Below, in pieces: positions 19,847 through 29,437 of a stretch of DNA of 58,007 nt; the stretch's first letter is position 1; the number at the start of each line of letters is the position of its first letter. This DNA is from an uncultured Acidobacteriaceae bacterium (GTDB lineage: Bacteria; Acidobacteriota; Terriglobia; Terriglobales; Acidobacteriaceae): assembly GCA_963810995.1 (NCBI GenBank), contig CAWERM010000092.1, positions 1 to 58,007 of the forward strand, given 5' to 3'. The translations under genes and the position numbers were made by a program. The notes beneath the pieces are model-generated. The model worked only from the letters and a program-made list of their open reading frames with translations, did not search any database and was not told where the DNA came from.

Positions 19847-19947
19847 TAAATCGACCGGGCAGCATTCGGGGTATAAGGGCGTGGGAGTAAGATTTCACGA
19901 GGCGGGGGCGAGTCGTGCCCACCCCGGCCCCGGAGACGAAACGCCCC

Positions 19948-21174
19948 ATGAAGCCTGCAGTCCATACGCCCAACGGTCGATCTCCCCGTCGCAAGATCGG
20001 AATCACCTGCTACCCCACCTATGGCGGTTCGGGCGTGGTTGCCACGGAGCTTGGCATCGAGCTTGCCGCGCGCGGTCACGAGATCCACTTCATCACCTCG
20101 TCGCTGCCCTTTCGCCTGAGCGGACGCGAGGCGAACATCCACTTCCACGAGGTGGATGTGTACCACTACCCGCTGTTCGAGCACCCACCCTACGATCTGG
20201 CGCTGGCCACGCGCATGGCGGAGGTCGCGGAGTTCTACTCGCTGGATCTGCTGCATGTCCACTACGCCATTCCGCACTCCATCTCCGCGCTGCTGGCTCG
20301 CCAGATGACAGAGACGCAGCAGGCGGTTGAACGCCGCCGCTACCTGCCCATTATCACCACGCTGCACGGAACGGACATCACGCTGGTTGGCCTGGACCGG
20401 TCGTATCTTCCCATCACCCAGTTTGGAATTGAGCAGTCCGATGGGGTTACGGCCATCTCCAGCTACCTGCGCGACCGAACCCGCGAAGCCTTCAATATTA
20501 AAGGCGAGATCGAGGTGATTCGCAACTTCGTCAACTGCGACGTATATGTCCGCGACCCAGCCAAGGTAGCAGCCATGCGTCCGCGATTCACCGCCCCGGC
20601 GAGCGGAGACAATGCCACTGAGAAACTTCTTGTCCATCTTTCGAACTTCCGCCCGGTGAAGCGCGTTCTGGATGTGATCGATGTCTTCGCTAGGGTAGCC
20701 TCCGCCCTGCCCGCGCGGCTGATGCTGATCGGCGACGGGCCCGACCGATCTGCCGCAGAACACCTCGCATTGCGTCTCGGCGTTGCCGACCGCGTCCACT
20801 TCCTGGGCAAGCAGGACAATGTGAACGAGCTGTTGCCGCTGGCCGACCTGATGTTGATGCCGTCGGAGATGGAGTCCTTTGGGCTGGCCGCGCTGGAGGC
20901 CATGGCGTGCGGCGTTCCCAGCATTGCCACGCGGGTTGGCGGCGTCGCAGAGCTGATCGAAGATGGAGTCAACGGCCTGCTTTTTGACCTGGGCGACACA
21001 GAGGCGATGGCCGCGGCGGCGATTGCACTGCTGGGCGATGAGGCGCGGTTGACTGCGATGGCTGCGACGGCGCGCAAGACGGCCAGCGAGCGCTTCTGTT
21101 CCACCCGCATTATTCCGTTGTATGAGGCGTACTACGATCGCGTGATCGCACGCGGCCAGGCGGCAAAACCGTGA
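19948..21174 (+). CDS. bshA: N-acetyl-alpha-D-glucosaminyl L-malate synthase (bacillithiol biosynthesis)
   Basis: KIGITCYPTYGGSGVVATELG, LHVHYAIPH, TTLHGTDITLVG, SNFRPVKR, ESFGLAALEAM. Confidence 0.93.
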   Translation: MKPAVHTPNGRSPRRKIGITCYPTYGGSGVVATELGIELAARGHEIHFITSSLPFRLSGREANIHFHEVDVYHYPLFEHPPYDLALATRMAEVAEFYSLDLLHVHYAIPHSISALLARQMTETQQAVERRRYLPIITTLHGTDITLVGLDRSYLPITQFGIEQSDGVTAISSYLRDRTREAFNIKGEIEVIRNFVNCDVYVRDPAKVAAMRPRFTAPASGDNATEKLLVHLSNFRPVKRVLDVIDVFARVASALPARLMLIGDGPDRSAAEHLALRLGVADRVHFLGKQDNVNELLPLADLMLMPSEMESFGLAALEAMACGVPSIATRVGGVAELIEDGVNGLLFDLGDTEAMAAAAIALLGDEARLTAMAATARKTASERFCSTRIIPLYEAYYDRVIARGQAAKP

Positions 21175-21986
21175 GCGAGCATCAGGGACCGGGAAGCGGC
21201 CTTAGCGGCAGACGCATCCTGATTACGCGAGCAACGCATCAGGCCTCGCATCTGGCGGAGCGACTGAGCGCACTGGGCGCGACTGCGATTCACATTCCCA
21301 CCATCGAGATTGCGCCGCCTGCTTCGTATGCGGGGCTCGATGCTGCGCTGGCGTCGCTCACCGGCTTCGATCTGGTCGCGTTCACCAGCGTTAATGCGGT
21401 GGAGGCCTTCCAGCAGCGCGCACAGCTCCTGGGAATTTCGCTTGCGCCGCGCCGTATCGCCGTAGTCGGCACGGCAACAAAGCGCGCGGTTGAGGCCATG
21501 GGCTTGCAGGCCGATCTGGTACCACCCATATTTACCGCCGAATCGCTGTCCCAGTCTATTATCCAGACCGTGTTGTGCGAAGTTCCCGGCGCACGCATTC
21601 TACTGGTGCTGGCCGAGCAGGCGCCCGCGACACTCCAATCCGCGCTAGCGGCAGCCGGAGCGAGTGTGACCGTGGCCGCGGCGTATAGCAACCGTGTTCC
21701 CGAAAGCTCATTGGCGGCGGTTGCAGGCCTGTTTGGGGAAGCCGGAAAGGCGCCCGACGCGGTCACCTTTACCAGCGCTTCCACGGCGGGAAACCTGGTC
21801 GTGCTACTGGAAGCCGCGGGCCACATGCTGCCTGCGTCCGTTGTGCGCGCCTCCATAGGGCCGATCACCTCGCGCGCGCTATGCGACCTCGGCCTGCCGC
21901 CTCATCTGGAAGCGGCCGAACCCACGGTTGCCGCGCTGGCCGACGCGCTCGCCGCCTACTTTAAGAGAGAAGCAAAGTTGCCGTAG
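21171..21986 (+). CDS. hemD: Uroporphyrinogen-III synthase
   Basis: ILITRA..QA, PTIEI, FTSVNAV, FTSAST, SIGPIT. GTGA overlap with bshA. Confidence 0.9.
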   Translation: MSEHQGPGSGLSGRRILITRATHQASHLAERLSALGATAIHIPTIEIAPPASYAGLDAALASLTGFDLVAFTSVNAVEAFQQRAQLLGISLAPRRIAVVGTATKRAVEAMGLQADLVPPIFTAESLSQSIIQTVLCEVPGARILLVLAEQAPATLQSALAAAGASVTVAAAYSNRVPESSLAAVAGLFGEAGKAPDAVTFTSASTAGNLVVLLEAAGHMLPASVVRASIGPITSRALCDLGLPPHLEAAEPTVAALADALAAYFKREAKLP

Positions 21987-22025
21987 CAAGACTTTTCCTT
22001 ACGCAGAGGATGGTACGTTTTAAAT

Positions 22026-22994
22026 ATGACGAAAGCTGTTCAGAAGACCGATCTTGGTGGCCTTCCCCTGGTGGCGCGGGGTAAGGTCCGCGACCTGTAT
22101 GCCCTCAACGATCAACTGCTGTTTGTGGCAACCGACCGCATCTCCGCCTTCGACCATGTGCTTGGCTCGGGCATTCCGGACAAGGGGAGGATTTTGACGC
22201 AGATTTCGGCTTTCTGGTTTGAATTCCTGAAGGACACCGTGGCGAACCATCTACTGGCGATCCAGGGACCGCAGATCGCCGCGCTGCTGGAACCGGCGTC
22301 CGCAACGATCTTTGGCAGACATCTCTCTGCTCAACAGATTCAGTCCGAGCCGCTGTTCCAGCAACAGATTGAGGGTCGCAGCATGGTGGTACGGCGGGCC
22401 AAGATGTATCCCGTGGAGTGCGTGGTGCGAGGCTATCTTTCCGGGTCGGGATGGAAGGACTACCAAAAGACTGGCGCAGTGTGCGGAATTCCTCTGCCTT
22501 CGGGGCTGCGCGAGTCGCAGCAACTGCCGGAGCCGATCTTTACTCCGTCGACCAAGGACAACACCGGCGGGCACGACGAGAACATCTCGTACGCGGAGGT
22601 TGTGGCGATGGTGGGCGAGGAGACCGCGGCCCAGTTGCGCCGGCTGACGCTGGACATTTATACCAAGGCGTCTGAGTACGCGGCTGGGAAGGGATTGATT
22701 TTGGCCGATACGAAGTTCGAGTTCGGCTGGATCGATGGCGTGGGGATGGTGCTGGCCGACGAGGTGCTGACTCCGGACTCCTCCCGCTATTGGCCGGCGG
22801 CCAGCTACGCTCCGGGCGGAGCGCAGCCCAGCTTCGACAAACAGTATGTGCGCGACTATCTTGAATCGATCGGATGGAACAAGCAGGCCCCCGCTCCCGC
22901 GCTGCCCGAGGACGTGGTATCTCATACTCGGCAGAAATACCTGGATGCATTCCGGCTGCTGACAGGGCTGGACGAGCTGGGCGGCGGACAATAG
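22026..22994 (+). CDS. purC: SAICAR synthase
   Basis: RGKVRDLY, TDRISAFD, ECVVRGY, FTPSTK, ADTKFEFG, DEVLTPDSSR, SFDKQYVRD. Confidence 0.97.
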   Translation: MTKAVQKTDLGGLPLVARGKVRDLYALNDQLLFVATDRISAFDHVLGSGIPDKGRILTQISAFWFEFLKDTVANHLLAIQGPQIAALLEPASATIFGRHLSAQQIQSEPLFQQQIEGRSMVVRRAKMYPVECVVRGYLSGSGWKDYQKTGAVCGIPLPSGLRESQQLPEPIFTPSTKDNTGGHDENISYAEVVAMVGEETAAQLRRLTLDIYTKASEYAAGKGLILADTKFEFGWIDGVGMVLADEVLTPDSSRYWPAASYAPGGAQPSFDKQYVRDYLESIGWNKQAPAPALPEDVVSHTRQKYLDAFRLLTGLDELGGGQ

Positions 22995-23013
22995 ACCTCG
23001 CTAAGGCGGCACG

Positions 23014-23517
23014 ATGAACGTAGCGAACTGGAACGCGTTTGACTGGGTGCTGGTTGCGATCGTGGCACTCTCGATGGTGCGGGCCTTAATCACCGGGCTG
23101 GTGCGCGCCATCGCCGGGCTGGCCGGTTTTATTGCGGGGTATGAAGTTGCCAGTTGGGCGTACATCGACCTCGCGGAGGGCATCAGGGAGCGGGGTTGGA
23201 TTACATCGCAGTCTATGGCGAGAACGGTCGCATTCCTGCTGACCGTGCTGGTGGTAGTGATGCTGTTCGATATTCTTGGCCGGGCCGCGCGCAAGTCGCT
23301 GCGGACGATCGGGATGGGTACGTTCGACCGCATATTGGGCGCGGGGTTTGGCTTCGCCCGCGGATGCCTGATCGGACTTTCTCTGTTGATCGCGATGTCG
23401 GCCTTCGCGCCGCAGTCCAGGATTGTCGCTCAATCCGCGCTAAGACCCTATTTATTTACCGTGGCGCATGAGGTATCCTTCCTCATACCTGCGTATCTTC
23501 AACAACGGATACTGTGA
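23014..23517 (+). CDS. cvpA: CvpA family membrane protein
   Basis: N..D at the N-terminus and DRILGAGFGFARG motif; adjacent to a pur gene. Confidence 0.85.
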   Translation: MNVANWNAFDWVLVAIVALSMVRALITGLVRAIAGLAGFIAGYEVASWAYIDLAEGIRERGWITSQSMARTVAFLLTVLVVVMLFDILGRAARKSLRTIGMGTFDRILGAGFGFARGCLIGLSLLIAMSAFAPQSRIVAQSALRPYLFTVAHEVSFLIPAYLQQRIL

Positions 23518-23645
23518 CAGCGCATTGGATTTCGAGTGGAACCATCTTCCCTAGACCGGCAAAATCCTTTGCACTGGATCAATGGACGTGAAGTGGATTA
23601 CAGTAGGAGTTCATCCTGTAGCGAGCAGCAAACGAGGTACGACCT

Positions 23646-23966
23646 TTGAAGCGCGAATTGGACACCCTGATCTCACAGATGCATAGTGCCGGCATCTCCT
23701 ATGCGGATGCCATGCGGCAGTTCAAGAAGCGATACATACTGGAAGTGCTGGCGCACCACAAGGGCAACCAGTGCAAGGCCGCGACCGAACTTGGCATGCA
23801 TCGCAACACCCTCAGCCGCACGCTGGCGGAACTGGATATGGACTCCGCGCAGATCCGCAAAGGGATGCGCCGACCGGTGATGAGCGAGCGGCCAGTGCTG
23901 GGTCAGAGGTCGATGATGGGCCTGCGGCCAAGAATGCAGATTGCGGGAACCGTGCGGCAAGCCTAA
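23646..23966 (+). CDS. Stand-alone Fis-type HTH protein
   Basis: GNQCKAATELGMHRNTLSR Fis-type HTH; GAGGT upstream of the TTG. Confidence 0.85.
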   Translation: MKRELDTLISQMHSAGISYADAMRQFKKRYILEVLAHHKGNQCKAATELGMHRNTLSRTLAELDMDSAQIRKGMRRPVMSERPVLGQRSMMGLRPRMQIAGTVRQA

Positions 23967-24070
23967 TCAGGGAACAGGGAACCAGATGAGGCCTGCGGTT
24001 GGTGGACCGCAGTGCAAGTATGCCGTTCGCAGCCCCGGATTGTGGAGCGGCGCGTCTAAGATAGCAGAGC

Positions 24071-26263
24071 ATGTCTTTCCCAACCCATCTTCGTGCAACA
24101 CGCAGCGGGCAGTGGTTCGCGGTGTGCTTGCTGGGCTGCTTGGTCCTGGCAATTTCTCCTGGGGAGACCTTGGCACAGGCACCGGCTACACAAGACCAGA
24201 CAGTGCAAAATCAGACCCAGCAGATACCCGCCCCCGATGCGGGGCAAGGTCCGGCGGAAGCGAATCAAAAGGACCCGGCCCAGCAGGCGCCAGCGCAGCC
24301 GGCCGAAGCAGCGAGCACTGGGAACGCGATGATGAACGCCAGCTTGCAGCCAGTGGCGTCTGCGTCCGGCAAACTGAATCAGCGCGCGGCCGAGGACGCG
24401 TATCTGGCGGGCGCGAAGAAACTAGAACGGGACGACCTGGCCGGAGCGGAACGCGATTTTACGCGCGCTCAGAAACTGAATCCGCAGAATCGGGATTATG
24501 CGATCGCCATAACCATGGCACGCCAGCACCGGCTAATGGAGTTGGTGCAGCAGGCGGGCAGGGAGAAGCTGGCCGGAAACCAGGGGAAGGCGGAGGAGTT
24601 GCTGGCCCAGGCGCGGGCCATCGATCCGCAGAATCCCTTGGTGCTGGAGCATAGTGGACCGGCTTGGCAGACAAGCGCAGAAGAAGCAGCGAACGCAGCT
24701 TCCGGCCAGATTGCTTCCAATCAAATCGCGGGAATACCTAGCGAGAAAGCAACCAACACGCCAGCGGAGCCGATGGCGGACCGTGCCCGGATGCTCTCCA
24801 CCGGGAACGAGCATGAGCCGTGGCGCATTGAGGCGCCAGTGCTGGCGGGCGCAATTACTCTGCAACCCAGCAACCAAGTGAAGAGCTTTCATACGCGCGG
24901 TATCGCCGCGGATGTAATTCGCGAAGTGGCGGCAGCGTACGGCATTCGCGCCGTCATCGATGAATCAGTCGCGCGCAAGGTGCTTGACTTCGATCTGGAA
25001 AAAGTGAACTACGAGCAGGCCATGAAGGTGCTAAAGGACATGACCACTGTCATCGTAGTGCCTCTGGATGAGACCAGCGTGCTGGTAGCCCGCAACCTCC
25101 CATCGAACCGGCTGCAGATGGAGCGCATGGTGGAGGAGACGATCTATCTGCCGGAGTCCACGCAGGACCAGATCAACGACATCAAGGGCCTAGTGCTCAC
25201 CGTCTTCGAGGTGAGGCAGGCAAGCGCACAGGCCGGCTCCGGAAGCATTGTGGTACGCGCCCCGCAAGACGTCCTGCCGGCGATAAACCAGGTGATCGAG
25301 GGCCTGGTCGATGCCACCGGCGAGGTGCTGGTCGAGGTGAAGCTGTTTGAGCTGACCTCCACGCGCAGCGCCAACGGCGGGGCAAACATTCCAACAGCGG
25401 CCGGGATCTACAACGTGGACCAGGCAGCCACGGCGCTGGTGAATGCAAACCAGAGTCTGGTGCAGCAGGCGATTGCGCAGGGCCTGGTGAGCGCGACGGC
25501 CAGCAATCTTACGATTGCCGCCGAGCTGATTGGGTCGGGACTGGTGCAAAGCAGCCTGTTGAACAGCACAATTGGCGCAGTGGGCGGAGGCACCACGTTG
25601 ACGGGCATTACCGAGACGGGCAATATTGCCTTCAACCTGGGCTTGAATTCCAGCGAGACGAAGGCGCTGGACGATGTGCAGCTAAGGGTAGGCGACCGGC
25701 AGATGGCAACCTTCCGCGAGGGTTCGCGATATCCGATTGTGTCATCCACCTATAGCTCGGGGTTGTCCACCGCGGCCTCCGCTCTGGGCAATAAGACCAT
25801 CAATGGCGTAAGCGTTGCCAGCCTTCTGTCACAGTACGCGGGTGGAAGCAGCGTTACCATTCCCCAGGTGACCTATGAGGACCTTGGCATAACCCTGAAT
25901 GCGACTCCGACCATCCTGAAGTCGGGACGTATCAGTCTGCTGCTGGATATGAAGATCGAGGCGCTGTCGGGCAGCACAAACGACGGAAACCCCATCCTTG
26001 AGAACCGGGTTTTTAAATCGAACATCACGGTGGGCGAGGGAGAGAGTGCGATGCTGGTGAGCAGCGTGAGTAAAACCGAGACGGCGGCGATGTCGGGGAT
26101 TCCCGGACTGAGCGAGTTGCCGGGCTTCCAGATGCCGGTGACGCAGGATGTACAAAAGAACAGCAGTCAACTTGTCATCCTGGTGACGCCTCATGTGGTA
26201 CGGCGACGCTCCGACACGGTGGCCAGCCCGAGGATTGCGGTGCCGCCGCTGGCATCGTATTAG
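24071..26263 (+). CDS. Secretin (type II/III secretion family) with signal peptide and TPR-like N-domain
   Basis: EVLVEVKLFE, YEDLGITLNATPTI, GIPGLSELPG, LVILVTPHVV secretin motifs. Confidence 0.85.
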   Translation: MSFPTHLRATRSGQWFAVCLLGCLVLAISPGETLAQAPATQDQTVQNQTQQIPAPDAGQGPAEANQKDPAQQAPAQPAEAASTGNAMMNASLQPVASASGKLNQRAAEDAYLAGAKKLERDDLAGAERDFTRAQKLNPQNRDYAIAITMARQHRLMELVQQAGREKLAGNQGKAEELLAQARAIDPQNPLVLEHSGPAWQTSAEEAANAASGQIASNQIAGIPSEKATNTPAEPMADRARMLSTGNEHEPWRIEAPVLAGAITLQPSNQVKSFHTRGIAADVIREVAAAYGIRAVIDESVARKVLDFDLEKVNYEQAMKVLKDMTTVIVVPLDETSVLVARNLPSNRLQMERMVEETIYLPESTQDQINDIKGLVLTVFEVRQASAQAGSGSIVVRAPQDVLPAINQVIEGLVDATGEVLVEVKLFELTSTRSANGGANIPTAAGIYNVDQAATALVNANQSLVQQAIAQGLVSATASNLTIAAELIGSGLVQSSLLNSTIGAVGGGTTLTGITETGNIAFNLGLNSSETKALDDVQLRVGDRQMATFREGSRYPIVSSTYSSGLSTAASALGNKTINGVSVASLLSQYAGGSSVTIPQVTYEDLGITLNATPTILKSGRISLLLDMKIEALSGSTNDGNPILENRVFKSNITVGEGESAMLVSSVSKTETAAMSGIPGLSELPGFQMPVTQDVQKNSSQLVILVTPHVVRRRSDTVASPRIAVPPLASY

Positions 26264-26442
26264 AGAAGATCTCGATTGCCATGGAAGCAATGCAAAGGGT
26301 TCTTCCGAGCGTGGCTTGTCGATGGGAAAGAATCCCTGCAAGTCATCCGCTGCGCGACACACTGTGTGCTCAGTGACTACGCGCTTGGGTCGAGACACAG
26401 AGAGTGCGGCGCGGCATCCGTTGGCATCGCAGCGGACGCGCG

Positions 26443-26472
26443 TTGACCCGTGGCTACGCGGGCCGATATACT
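26443..26472 (+). promoter_or_regulatory. Sigma70-type promoter for tRNA-Gly
   Basis: TTGACC-N18-TATACT ending 13 nt before the tRNA. Confidence 0.6.
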
Positions 26473-26485
26473 TCAGCATGTGTGA

Positions 26486-26560
26486 GCGGGAGTAGCTCAG
26501 TGGTAGAGTGCTTCCTTGCCAAGGAAGATGTCGCCGGTTCGACCCCGGTCTCCCGCTCCA
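26486..26560 (+). tRNA. tRNA-Gly(GCC)
   Basis: GCGGGAG/CTCCCGC acceptor stem, CTTCC-TT GCC AA-GGAAG anticodon arm, GGTTCGA T-arm, encoded CCA. Confidence 0.97.
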
Positions 26561-26628
26561 TAACCAGCCCTTCTGCGATACACTCTTCCTACAATCAGCC
26601 GGGTGTGCGCGAAAGCGCGGCCCTGCGG

Positions 26629-26703
26629 GGCGCGGTACCCAAGTGGTAAGGGAGAGGTCTGCAAAACCTTTATGCGCCGGTTCGATCCCGGCCCGCGCCT
26701 CCA
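26629..26703 (+). tRNA. tRNA-Cys(GCA)
   Basis: GGCGCGG/CCGCGCC acceptor stem, CT GCA AA loop, GGTTCGA, encoded CCA. Confidence 0.96.
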
Positions 26704-26870
26704 ATATTTCAATAATTTACAGTGACCCCCCGATGTAACGGAATGGGCACTGTAGTGGAAATCGTAGCGACTGCCGCGCTTTTCGGTGTGCCGAACCGCA
26801 TCTGCGTTTACTTGAGTCTGGGTGTTGTATGCCTTGGCAGGGGAAACGAACTAGCGGTCGAGTCCGCCTC

Positions 26871-27002
26871 GATCATCCTGGAACCAATGTAATGAACCTG
26901 TATCTGCCCGCGGTGAATGAGATGGGGCTGAAGCTGACGCAGGCGAAAGGGCCGGTCGAAAAGTTCGTCATCGACCATGCCGAGCACCCCTCGGAAAATT
27001 AG
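26871..27002 (+). pseudogene. C-terminal fragment of a TIGR03435/DUF3738-type protein
   Basis: Hand translation ...EMGLKLTQAKGPVEKFVIDHAEHPSEN* matches that family's GLKL...KGPV...VIDH.E.PSEN C-terminus. The rest of the gene is absent. Confidence 0.7.
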
Positions 27003-27191
27003 CGGCGGTCGAACTTCCCGTAACACGGGGCGGTCTCAGTAAAGTGACGGGCGCGGGAGTCGTCCGGGAGACTTCCCAACCCATCGGGAGGGTTGCAGGA
27101 CAAGGGCGCCAAAGAAGCATTTGGATACTCGACGCGGCGGAGAGAATGTACACTCCGGACGTGCGGTAACTTGCTGTTCTGGAGTTCGACT

Positions 27192-28853
27192 TTGCTGAAA
27201 TTATTTCAAGGAATACGGCCATTCAAGCGTGCAGCAGCCTTGCGCGATGCCTTTGCCGGCTTCACGCTCGCGGCCATGAATATACCGCAAGCCTTGGGGT
27301 ACACCAAGATTGCCGGCATGCCCGTGGTTACAGGTCTTTACTCGCTACTGCTGCCGCTGGTGGCATTCGCGGCCTTCGGCTCCTCCCGCTATCTGGTGGT
27401 TTCCGCCGACTCCGCGACTGCGGCCATCTTTGCCAGTGGAGTCACCGGATTGGCACCCTTATCCAGCGCACGATATGTGGCACTGGCGGGTGCGGTTGCC
27501 CTGCTGACAGCGGGGTTCTTGCTGTTGGCACGATTGCTCAAGCTGGGTTTTATCGCTGACTTTCTCTCACAGACGGTGCTCGCCGGCTTCCTCACTGGAG
27601 TTGGGTTCCAGGTCGGAATCGCAGTGCTTGGAGAGATGCTGGGAGTGCCGGTTTCCGCTCGCGGAACAGTCCAGCAATTGGAGGAAATCTCGAGAAGACT
27701 ACCGGAAGTGCATCTGCCAACCTTAGCCGTTTCTGCCGTAGTAGTGGGGGCCCTTCTCCTGCTTAACCGGTTTGCGCCGAAAGTTCCGGGCGCGTTCATA
27801 GCAGTTACGGGAGCCGTGGCGTCGAGCGCAATCTGGAACTTCAGCGGGCATGGCATTGCGATCATCGGAGCGGTGGCGGGCGGTTTTCCCCATCTTGGGG
27901 CCCCTAGCGTAACTTGGAGGGACCTTCCGCCGTTGATTCCCATCGCCGCAACGTGCTGCATCATGATCGTGACGCAAAGTGCTGCAACCGCGCGGTTCTA
28001 TGCGGCGCGCCATCATCAGCAGTTGGACGAGAATGAGGACCTGACCGGCCTTGCCGCGGCAAACGCCATGGCCGGATTGAGCGGCACCTTCGTGGTCAAC
28101 GGAAGCCCAACGCAAACCGCGATGGTCGAAAGCGCCGGCGCCCAGAGCCAGGTGGCGCAGCTTGCAACCGCGGCGATCGTCGCGGTTGTTTTGCTCCTTT
28201 TCACCAGACTGCTCGAATACTTGCCGCAATGTGTACTCGGCGCCCTGGTCTTCATCATCGCGATCCGGTTGATCAAGTTGCGGACCCTGCTCGCGATCCG
28301 CCGCGAGAGCCCGGAGGAGTTTGCCTTAGCTCTGACCACCGCGGTTGTCGTCGTGGCGGCGGGTGTCGAGCAGGGCATTGTGTTGGCGATGACCCTCTCG
28401 CTGTTCCGCGTTGTCAAGCTCAGCTACCGCCCTCATACGGGTGTCATGGTCCTGAACGAGAACGGAACCTGGAATCTGCATCCGGTTGCGCCAAGCGTGG
28501 TGACCGAACCCGGATTGGTGATGTACCGCTTTGGAGCGACGCTCTTTTACGCCAACGCGAACCGCTTCGCGGAAGAGGTGACTTGCCTGGCAGGGCAAGC
28601 GCCTTCCCAGGTCCGCTGGCTGATTGTCGACGCGGAGGCCATCACGCATCTGGATTACACCGCTGCGCGCGTTGTCCTGGAACTACAGCAGAATCTGACC
28701 GACTGTGGGACTGAATTGGGTTTTGCCAGGATGCCCTGGGACCTGAAATCGGACTTTGCGCGGCATCATTTAACCGAGGTCATCGATCCCTCGCGGATCT
28801 TCAATAGACTCCACGACGCGTTGGCTGCATTCGAGAAATTGGAGAACTCGTGA
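27192..28853 (+). CDS. SulP family anion permease with STAS domain
   Basis: IPQALGY..IAG.P...GLY, FGSSRYL, GFLTGVG, C-terminal LFYANA and IVDAEAITHLD (STAS). GGAG before TTG 27192. Confidence 0.92.
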   Translation: MLKLFQGIRPFKRAAALRDAFAGFTLAAMNIPQALGYTKIAGMPVVTGLYSLLLPLVAFAAFGSSRYLVVSADSATAAIFASGVTGLAPLSSARYVALAGAVALLTAGFLLLARLLKLGFIADFLSQTVLAGFLTGVGFQVGIAVLGEMLGVPVSARGTVQQLEEISRRLPEVHLPTLAVSAVVVGALLLLNRFAPKVPGAFIAVTGAVASSAIWNFSGHGIAIIGAVAGGFPHLGAPSVTWRDLPPLIPIAATCCIMIVTQSAATARFYAARHHQQLDENEDLTGLAAANAMAGLSGTFVVNGSPTQTAMVESAGAQSQVAQLATAAIVAVVLLLFTRLLEYLPQCVLGALVFIIAIRLIKLRTLLAIRRESPEEFALALTTAVVVVAAGVEQGIVLAMTLSLFRVVKLSYRPHTGVMVLNENGTWNLHPVAPSVVTEPGLVMYRFGATLFYANANRFAEEVTCLAGQAPSQVRWLIVDAEAITHLDYTAARVVLELQQNLTDCGTELGFARMPWDLKSDFARHHLTEVIDPSRIFNRLHDALAAFEKLENS

Positions 28854-28859
28854 AGATTT

Positions 28860-29020
28860 GTAGAAACGCGTTCGGTAAGGTGAAGCATCGCTATCCAGAT
28901 CTCCTCCGTTCGGAGAATCAACAGAAAGGCAATCGCTCCGGCCACAACGTCAAGGATTGAGTGCATCCCCGTCGTGATGCAACTGGAGGCGACAAGAACG
29001 GCACATGTCCAGCATAGGAT
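28860..29020 (-). pseudogene. Internal fragment of a PAP2-like phosphatase gene
   Basis: AVLVASSCITTGMHSILDVVAGAIAFLL resembles the PAP2 C3 motif (S......H...DV..G). In-frame TAA immediately upstream at 29021-29023. Confidence 0.5.
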
Positions 29021-29162
29021 TTACTTCAAACCAGCCGAAGAGTAACACTCACATTGGCCCAGAATGTCGGGCCGATCAAGAGCAAGTGCAGAAACATATT
29101 ATCTTTCCAGCCCGACGAGCAACAGGCTCGCCGGGGACCCCAGCTTCGGGAATGACGAATTT

Positions 29163-29273
29163 GAGCGGAACCAGAGTTCTCGTGACCTAGCGAAGTGTAT
29201 GCGAGGCGGTATTCCTTGAGAGAAAACCGCGCTAAACTCGTTGGCCCCGGATATACCTACTCTGGTTCCGCTC
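29163..29273. mobile_element. 111-bp MITE-like element
   Basis: Perfect 15-bp terminal inverted repeat GAGCGGAACCAGAGT / ACTCTGGTTCCGCTC; non-coding interior. Confidence 0.65.
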
Positions 29274-29437
29274 TAGGCTGGGCCGATCCCGAGGGATGTA
29301 AAACTTGCATGACAAAGTGCCGGCGGGGGGCATTGCCACGAGACATGTGATGCAGCAGAGGATTACAATTCGCGACTTAGACGATTGGGTGTGGGCCAAT
29401 GCTCGCCGTCATTTCATTAGCAAAGGAGCACATACCC

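Noticed and set aside
1271-19848. Hairpin repeats with variable spacers as a possible CRISPR array
   Set aside because: Copies are dispersed over kilobases, are not identical or regularly spaced, and no cas genes are present.
26340-26440. Possible structured RNA between the secretin and tRNA-Gly (TCCGCTGCG/CGCAGCGGA)
   Set aside because: Only a 9-bp GC-rich stem with no family features; cannot be supported without a covariance search.
25829-26704. 291-aa minus-strand ORF
   Set aside because: Antisense translation of two tRNAs and the secretin 3' end.
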